Positions 22,171-28,007 of a stretch of 30,104 nucleotides of DNA are shown here, piece by piece. A program made the translations under genes and the position numbers. The notes under the pieces are model-generated. The model had not been told where the DNA came from and did no database searches. It saw only the letters and a program-made list of their open reading frames with translations. This DNA comes from an uncultured Opitutales bacterium. GTDB lineage: Bacteria; Verrucomicrobiota; Verrucomicrobiia; Opitutales; CAYWEO01. The number at the start of each line of letters is the position of its first letter. Within the stretch, counting starts at the first letter, position 1. The stretch lies in NCBI GenBank assembly GCA_964457855.1, contig CAYWEO010000012.1:1-30104 (forward strand). The letters are read 5' to 3'.

Positions 22171-23250
22171 ATGAATAACATACAATTTTTTGCGAGTCCG
22201 GATGATTTTTTAGCGGATCATGCGGCGCGTGGGGCCTTTTTGGGGGTATCTGAGGGGTGTGAGGAGTTTTGTGTGGAGGTGGTGAGTGGGTATGCGCAGA
22301 CGGTGGGGGACGTCTCGAAGCGGGTGCAGGACTGTTGTTCTGCGTTGCAAACGATACCGTTGTTTGGGGGGAGAAAAGTCGTGTGGTTTAAGAGCGTTAA
22401 CTTCTTGGCTGACAGCATCGTTGGGCGTTCTGAGGAGACGAAGCGGCAGGTGGAGGAGTGGATCGCGTTTTTGAAGCAGCAGACTTTCGAGGATTGCATC
22501 CTTATCGTGAGTGCGAGTCCTATCGATCGACGCACGCGTGCAGTTAAGTGGTTGCAGGAGAACGCCAGATTTGCCTTTCTGGAAAACGATCCCAAGGGTG
22601 TCCAGCTGGATCTCTTGGTTGATGACAGTTGCAGTACGATCGGACTTGTTTTCGAGCCCGGCGCGCGCGACATCCTTTATCAAAAGCTAAACCGCAATCC
22701 GCGGCTCGTTCTACAAGCCGTTGAAACGCTCTATTGCTACCTCGGAAAGCCTGGTATCGTCGACGAAACCCTCGTGCGAAATGTTATCGCGGACGCCCAA
22801 TCGGATGAGTTTTTCGAGGTCGTCGAGGCGTTTTATGCAGGAAATCCAAGGAATTTCCTCAAAATTCTAAAAAAATTCTTTTCTGCAACAAAAGAAATCC
22901 GTCCCGTCCTCACCGCCTTCCAAAACCGTAACCGACTCCTCATCCAACTCAAAATCCTCATCGAAGCAGGCGACCTAAAGTCTTCCTCGTCAGGCGTTTA
23001 CATCAATGCCAATACCCTAAAGGCCCTTTCTGTTAAATACTGCACCCTCTTCGGCGATTCCACCACAAAAAGCAGCTTCTGCGTCTTCTCCCAGCATCCC
23101 TTCTACCTCAGCCGTATCGCCCTCGCCGCCAACAACTTCTCCCTAAAATCTCTCCTCGACCTCCAATGCGCCCTCATCACCATCTTCCGCAAGAGCCTCG
23201 AGGGGGTTGTGCATAACCCCGTGGAGTTGTTTTTCTTAGGGACGTTATAG
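22171..23250 (+). CDS. holA: DNA polymerase III delta subunit (HolA-like)
   Basis: 359 aa. The layout is typical of HolA: an N-terminal block ending in IPLFGGRKVVWFKSVNFL, a middle ILIVSASPIDRRTRAVKWL, and a C-terminal helical domain (FFEVVEAFYAGNPRNFLKILKKFF ... RNRLLIQLKIL). The call rests on overall pattern, not on a catalytic motif. Confidence 0.6.
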   Translation: MNNIQFFASPDDFLADHAARGAFLGVSEGCEEFCVEVVSGYAQTVGDVSKRVQDCCSALQTIPLFGGRKVVWFKSVNFLADSIVGRSEETKRQVEEWIAFLKQQTFEDCILIVSASPIDRRTRAVKWLQENARFAFLENDPKGVQLDLLVDDSCSTIGLVFEPGARDILYQKLNRNPRLVLQAVETLYCYLGKPGIVDETLVRNVIADAQSDEFFEVVEAFYAGNPRNFLKILKKFFSATKEIRPVLTAFQNRNRLLIQLKILIEAGDLKSSSSGVYINANTLKALSVKYCTLFGDSTTKSSFCVFSQHPFYLSRIALAANNFSLKSLLDLQCALITIFRKSLEGVVHNPVELFFLGTL

Positions 23251-23437
23251 GGAGGGGGGGGTACCGGGAAAACCATTTTTTGCAAAAATTGGTTTTCCCG
23301 GACCCTTTCCAAAAAAACTCTTAATTCGGAAGGCATTTTTGGTCGGACCAGTAGGTCCGACCAAAAATGCCTTCCGATATGCTTTTCTTTTGAAGGGCCC
23401 GGGAAACTTTCTTTTCTTCGAAAAGAAAGTTTCCCGG
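23251..23437. repeat. Compound palindromic repeat, full unit with G-tract (H1-spacer-H2-spacer'-H1')
   Basis: The G-tract leader ggaggggggggta sits directly after the holA stop. H1 (23264-23301) is ccgggaaaaccattttttgcaaaaattggttttcccgg. H2 (23327-23376) is cggaaggcatttttggtcggaccagtaggtccgaccaaaaatgccttccg. H1' (23399-23437) is ccgggaaactttcttttcttcgaaaagaaagtttcccgg. Confidence 0.9.
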
Positions 23438-23504
23438 AATAAAACCAAGGGCTTTTTGTCAGAGAGGGTCTCTAGTTTGAGATGATAGGGACGGCTACAA
23501 AAAT

Positions 23505-23551
23505 TTTTAATTCCTGAGCGTACTGTAGTACGTGATGGGATTAAATTTTTT
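23505..23551. terminator. Interrupted hairpin with flanking T/A runs, possible weak bidirectional terminator in the holA/rpsA convergent gap
   Basis: TTTAATTCC (23505-23513) pairs with GGGATTAAA (23536-23544), and an inner CGTAC-tgta-GTACG lies between them. T7 (23545-23551) follows on the plus strand. The stem base is A/T-rich, so function is uncertain. Confidence 0.3.
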
Positions 23552-23607
23552 TGTAACGGAACCCTAGCGCTCAAAATAGACGCCCTCTCCGACAAAAAGA
23601 AAGAAAT

Positions 23608-23637
23608 CCCCAGGGGGGTGTGTTAGCCCCCTGCGGA
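23608..23637 (-). terminator. Probable terminator of rpsA
   Basis: The minus strand reads CCGCAGGGGG-ctaacaca-CCCCCTGGGG (one mismatch) followed by the T-rich atttctttcttttt. It begins 8 nt after the rpsA stop. Confidence 0.55.
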
Positions 23638-23644
23638 TGAAAAA

Positions 23645-25414
23645 TTAACGAGGAGTGACCTTTTGGGTTGCCTGGTCGAGGATATCACCGAGGTTGGAGA
23701 AATCCTGGCCGGAGGTTAGCTGATTGAAGGAGCTAATCTCTTTTTGCAACTGGGTTTCGTCGTAGTTTGCGGCCTTGATGGACAAACCGATACGGTGGGC
23801 ATCGCGGTCGATTTTGATGACGCGGGCGGAAACTTCTTGGCCGACCTTGAGGAAGTCCTTGATTTTTTCGATACGATCCTCATTGATTTGGCTGATATGA
23901 ACGAGTCCGTCAATGTCTTCGTTGAGGCCGATGAAGGCGCCATAAGAGGTGATTTTAGCGACTTTTCCGGTCACGATGTCACCGATCTTGAAGATTTGTT
24001 CAATGCGATCCCATGGGTTTTGTTGCAACTGCTTGATGCCGAGGGAGATTTTTTGCTGATCGGAGTCTACGTCGAGCACAATGGCGTCGATTTCATCCCC
24101 TTTCTTGAGAATTTCGCTCGGGTGGTTGATTTTGCGAGTCCAGCTCATGTCTGAAACGTGAACGAGGCCATCAATGCCCTCCTCGAGTTCCACAAAAGCG
24201 CCATAATTTGTTAAATTTTGCACCTTTCCGCGAACGTGAGCGCCGACTGGGTAGTTGTGTTTGACCATTTCCCATGGGTTGCTCTCTAAGTGTCGGATGC
24301 TCAACGAGATTTTTTGCTCAACGGGATTCACTTCGCAAACGACAGCCTCGAGTTCCTGGCCGATTTTGACGACGTCGCCTGGTTTATTAATGCGTTTGGT
24401 CCAAGAGAATTCGGTGATGTGCACGAGCCCCTCTACGCCGTCTTCGAGTTGAACGAAAGCGCCGTAAGGAACGAGATTGACGACTTTTCCGCGCACTGTG
24501 GCTCCCTGAGGGTAACGGGATTCGATGTTTTCCCATGGGTTTTTGTGCAACTGCTTGAGTCCGAGAGAAACGCGTTCTTTTTCGCGATCGATCTCGATGA
24601 TCATGACGTCAATTTCTTCACCGACTTTCAGGATTTCGCTTGGGTGGGAAATGCGTCCCCACGTCATGTCCGTGATATAGAGAAGGCCGTCAAGTCCATT
24701 GAGGTCGACAAAAGCGCCGTAATCCGTGAGGTTTTTGATCACGCCCTTGCAAATGTCGCCTGGCTTGATGCTGGACAGAATTTGTTGACGCTTGTCAGTC
24801 CGTTGGGATTCAATGAGTTCGCGACGGGAAAGAACGATATTTTGGCGCTCTTTATTAATTTTGATGACCTTAAAATCGTACGTTTGGCCAATGTATTGAT
24901 CCAGGTTTTTTGGAGCGACCACGTCAATTTGCGACGATGGCAAAAATGCTTGGACGCCAAGGACTTTAACGATCAGTCCGCCTTTGACCTTGGATTGGAT
25001 TTTGCCAGAGGCGATGCAGCCTTCCTCGCAAACTTTCAGGATGTTTTCCCAGTTTTTCGTTTGCTGAGCCTTGTCGTAGGAGAGAACGGGGATGCCAGAT
25101 CCGTCGTCGAGCCTCTCGATGAAAACTTCAATCGTTTCGCCAACGTGGATTTCGTCGATGACGTCCGAAAACTCTGCGATCGGAATGTGGCCTTCAGCTT
25201 TCCCGCCAATATCGACAATCACTTCCCGGTCTGGGCGGATTTCGGTGACGGTGCCGTTAACGATCGACTGTTCTTTTAATAGGTCCAATTTTGGGCCGTT
25301 TGCCAGCAACGATTCCATAATGGATACGGAGCCTTGCTTGGGTGAATTTTCCTGTTCGGAACGCATAAATAATAACCTTTTTTGCAAAAAGGGTTCAGGG
25401 TTTTCATTAAACAC
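23645..25414 (-). CDS. rpsA: 30S ribosomal protein S1 (six S1 domains)
   Basis: S1/OB repeats recur six times with the G-x-V-x-x-h-x-x-(Y/F)GAF(V/I) core, e.g. GVIKNLTDYGAFVDLNGLDGLLYITDMTWGRISHPSE and GKVQNLTNYGAFVELEEGIDGLVHVSDMSW. The start is ambiguous: ATG 25414, 25366 or 25318. MESLLANGPKLDLLKEQSIVNGTV from 25318 looks most like a typical S1 N-terminus. Confidence 0.9.
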   Translation of the reverse strand: MFNENPEPFLQKRLLFMRSEQENSPKQGSVSIMESLLANGPKLDLLKEQSIVNGTVTEIRPDREVIVDIGGKAEGHIPIAEFSDVIDEIHVGETIEVFIERLDDGSGIPVLSYDKAQQTKNWENILKVCEEGCIASGKIQSKVKGGLIVKVLGVQAFLPSSQIDVVAPKNLDQYIGQTYDFKVIKINKERQNIVLSRRELIESQRTDKRQQILSSIKPGDICKGVIKNLTDYGAFVDLNGLDGLLYITDMTWGRISHPSEILKVGEEIDVMIIEIDREKERVSLGLKQLHKNPWENIESRYPQGATVRGKVVNLVPYGAFVQLEDGVEGLVHITEFSWTKRINKPGDVVKIGQELEAVVCEVNPVEQKISLSIRHLESNPWEMVKHNYPVGAHVRGKVQNLTNYGAFVELEEGIDGLVHVSDMSWTRKINHPSEILKKGDEIDAIVLDVDSDQQKISLGIKQLQQNPWDRIEQIFKIGDIVTGKVAKITSYGAFIGLNEDIDGLVHISQINEDRIEKIKDFLKVGQEVSARVIKIDRDAHRIGLSIKAANYDETQLQKEISSFNQLTSGQDFSNLGDILDQATQKVTPR

Positions 25415-25511
25415 TTCAAATAGCCTTCAGTCCTCCTGAGAGCCGAAAAACGCTTTAGTAGACAAGAATGACGTATTTGCGTCACTACCTGCAAGCAAAT
25501 TCTTTGAGAAT

Positions 25512-26213
25512 TTAGGAATTATCTCTACTTTGGGTTGTTTTATGAATGGAGACTGCCTTGAAACACTGAGTGCTCGCGTCCCAAACCGATAAGCTTCCGT
25601 CTTTTAACGAAAAATACCAGCCGTGTAGCGTTAATTGCCCAGCGTCGACTTTTTCAGAAATCCATGGGAAACTCATTAAGTTGTTCAACGACAATTTAAT
25701 GGATTCTTTTTCGCAAAATTGACTTTTCTCATCGGGGGTCAGTCCTGTAAGCGCTTCTGCGGCTTTCCGGGCGTCGGCAGCGATGTTGACCCAGTCGGCA
25801 ATAAAACTGAACTGGCTTGGGTTTCCGCCCAAGTTTGGTTCTAGCAATGCTCGAATACCGGCGCATTGGCTGTGCCCTAGAACGATGATGTGTTTGACTC
25901 CCAAATGCTGCACTCCGAATTCGAGGGCCGCGCTTGTTCCATGCCGACTGTCACCGGTGGGTTCGTAAGGCGGAACGAGATTGGCGACGTTACGAATCAC
26001 AAACAAATCCCCCGGATCGGCATCCAGCAAAATGGCGGGATCTACCCTGGAATCGCTGCAGGCAACCATCAATGTTTTTGGCTTTTGTCCCTGTTTGGAT
26101 AGTCGGCCAAAGAGTCCCTTTTCTTGAAGGAAATAACGCGCATAAAACCTTCTATATCCGTCAATCAATGCTTGCCTAATTTGTTCAGCCATAAGGGATG
26201 TGATCGTCTCCAT
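25512..26213 (-). CDS. Beta-class carbonic anhydrase
   Basis: It has the zinc-ligand and active-site motifs CSDSRVDP and GHSQCAG, plus FVIRNVAN. The ORF-track start 26240 is TTG. ATG 26213 (METITSLMAEQ) and ATG 26192 (MAEQIRQALIDGYRRF) are the likelier starts. Confidence 0.85.
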   Translation of the reverse strand: METITSLMAEQIRQALIDGYRRFYARYFLQEKGLFGRLSKQGQKPKTLMVACSDSRVDPAILLDADPGDLFVIRNVANLVPPYEPTGDSRHGTSAALEFGVQHLGVKHIIVLGHSQCAGIRALLEPNLGGNPSQFSFIADWVNIAADARKAAEALTGLTPDEKSQFCEKESIKLSLNNLMSFPWISEKVDAGQLTLHGWYFSLKDGSLSVWDASTQCFKAVSIHKTTQSRDNS

Positions 26214-26270
26214 CAAGCTTGTTTGTATGTGGATTGGCAAGGTTTAAATGAACAGCAGAGATTTTTATGC

Positions 26271-26300
26271 TTGCGTACCCTGATGGGATAGTTCTAGAAT
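26271..26300 (+). promoter_or_regulatory. Possible sigma70-like promoter for lipase-like paralog 1
   Basis: TTGCGT (26271-26276), an 18-nt spacer, then TAGAAT (26295-26300). It lies 28 nt upstream of ATG 26328. The -35 is weak and the spacer long. Confidence 0.35.
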
Positions 26301-26327
26301 GAGAAGTAGTGCTATTCGAAATACCCT

Positions 26328-27908
26328 ATGAAGAAACGATCCCTGAGTTTAATGACCTTCTTGAGTCTGCTTGCGCTGAATGCCGTCGTCGCCAACCATG
26401 CGCAGGCAGATGACGCCATTCCGGGGTTTCATGACCCCCTTTACCAGTGTGATGCTTCTGGTCCGAGGAGCAACCCAATGCTGGATGGGGAATTGAAATC
26501 AGATGTGTGTGGGTTTGTTGACGCCTCTTATCGGCCAAATGCCTTAGAGGAACTCAAAAAAATGTATTCGTTTGAGGGTAAATTCGTGGCGTTTCCCCAC
26601 AGCCTTCATCCCATAGAGTTCAATAACAAGTGGATTTGTGGGGAGTTTTCCGGCATTCACGGATGGTATACGACCAGTCCCGAAAAGCCAGCTGGCCTCG
26701 TGGCTTATTGCATCAGCCACTCTCCGCAAAAGCCAAACGTGATAGTCGTTTCTTTTAAAGGGTCGCAATGTTTGACCACTCCAAAAGAAAGCCATGTGAA
26801 TAAAGACACCCCATGGATTTGGTGGGCGTTGTTTCAGATGTTCGGCATCAACGACAGCTGGCAAACGAATTTCAAGAGCATGAAAGTTCCCGTGCATGAA
26901 AATGAACTCGGCTTCGAAGGCATTGCGCATCAAGGGTATAAAGAAGTTGTGATGAGTCTGAAAGATTCTTTGATTGGGGCTATCGATTCCGCCATGCAAG
27001 ACATTGCAATACTCGGGCCCGACGCACTCAAAAAAACCATCATTATTGTAACGGGGCACAGTCAGGGCAGTGGCCGGGCAACGTTGGCGGCGCCGATGAT
27101 TATCAAGCACTTTGTGGAGACCGTTTATGGCCCTGGTGCGAAAAATCCCGATCTCAATGTGGGTTGGGTATACCTTTTTTCCCCTGCGCGTGCGGTTGAC
27201 CAAAAGACAGCTGCAAATATCTGCCAATCCGTCGGGGAGAATAATTGGGTGCGGCAATTCGGCACTTTTGATTTGGTGACGATTGTGGCACTTGGCGTTA
27301 AGTTTCAAGAATACAAAATCCTCAGCTCGTTGGTGAAATACGTCCTTTCAACGGAAGGAGGTTTTGTGTCCGTTGGGTATCCAGCCATGGACGACATCAA
27401 ACAGTTGCATAAAAGGTCTTTCGAGATCAGTTATGAAGCGGCAGTTCGTGTAGGAGATCAGAAACTGCAGAAAGCCTTCCGTTACTTACTGGATAACATC
27501 GATCCCATGACGCGTGAGTTGCAGAAAGTCTACGATTATCAATTGAAATTGAAACGTCTGAGTTATGGAACGGGCAAGCACTACCTTGATGACTCGATGT
27601 ACAATGCAAAGAGCTGGGTCAATCCGGCCTCTTGGAAGCGGTGGGTTCAGTATAACTGGTTTAAAGACAATCAGTTGCTATACTTTCGTCGTTATTGGGC
27701 CTATCTCGTGAAGGCGTTTGGGTATGCTGGTGCATTGCAGGCATTCATGGCGCTTAACCATTATGGCGCGGAGACGAACTACGATGGCGGCAAAAAGATT
27801 GGCGATCACTTTCTTTGGCGGATTCCCGATCCTGACACAAACGCCTGCCTCAAACGCGCGTATGAGCATGATCAGATCGAAAAAGGAGCAGGAAGGACAG
27901 ATTTCTGA
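26328..27908 (+). CDS. Exported class-3-lipase-like alpha/beta hydrolase, paralog 1
   Basis: The signal peptide is MKKRSLSLMTFLSLLALNAVVANHAQA/DD. Motifs follow the class-3 (fungal/eukaryotic-type) lipase order: VIVVSFKGSQ, IAHQGY, nucleophile elbow GHSQG (Ser codon 27060-27062), FSPARA, FDLVT (Asp candidate) and a distal NHYG (His candidate). Confidence 0.7.
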   Translation: MKKRSLSLMTFLSLLALNAVVANHAQADDAIPGFHDPLYQCDASGPRSNPMLDGELKSDVCGFVDASYRPNALEELKKMYSFEGKFVAFPHSLHPIEFNNKWICGEFSGIHGWYTTSPEKPAGLVAYCISHSPQKPNVIVVSFKGSQCLTTPKESHVNKDTPWIWWALFQMFGINDSWQTNFKSMKVPVHENELGFEGIAHQGYKEVVMSLKDSLIGAIDSAMQDIAILGPDALKKTIIIVTGHSQGSGRATLAAPMIIKHFVETVYGPGAKNPDLNVGWVYLFSPARAVDQKTAANICQSVGENNWVRQFGTFDLVTIVALGVKFQEYKILSSLVKYVLSTEGGFVSVGYPAMDDIKQLHKRSFEISYEAAVRVGDQKLQKAFRYLLDNIDPMTRELQKVYDYQLKLKRLSYGTGKHYLDDSMYNAKSWVNPASWKRWVQYNWFKDNQLLYFRRYWAYLVKAFGYAGALQAFMALNHYGAETNYDGGKKIGDHFLWRIPDPDTNACLKRAYEHDQIEKGAGRTDF

Positions 27909-28007
27909 GACACAAAAAAATGTCATGTCGAAAAAATATGTAAAAATATTACCTTGACTTATATTCGGATACATGACTTTATTTCTATCAATTAACCATA
28001 AATATAT

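Noticed and set aside
20418-23437. Considered whether the recurring hairpin repeats form a CRISPR array or integron attC sites.
   Set aside because: They are not CRISPR. The repeats are of two alternating types, sit in separate intergenic regions, have no regular repeat-spacer periodicity, and no cas genes are present. They are not supportable as attC. There is no integrase or attI in the window, and the genes between copies (hldD, holA) are ordinary housekeeping genes with their own contexts.
24290-25279. Long antisense or overlapping ORFs opposite well-supported genes. Examples are 24290..25279 opposite rpsA, 9867..10499 and 10496..10957 opposite the ftsZ-like gene, 26544..27308 opposite lipase 1, 19821..20612 opposite lpxA, 21317..21958 within hldD, 22210..22683 opposite holA, 3325..3840 opposite LRR paralog 2, and 5257..5772 across the exonuclease 3' end.
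   Set aside because: Each overlaps a gene with strong motif support. Their products are low-complexity or R/S/P-rich shadow translations with no recognisable motifs.
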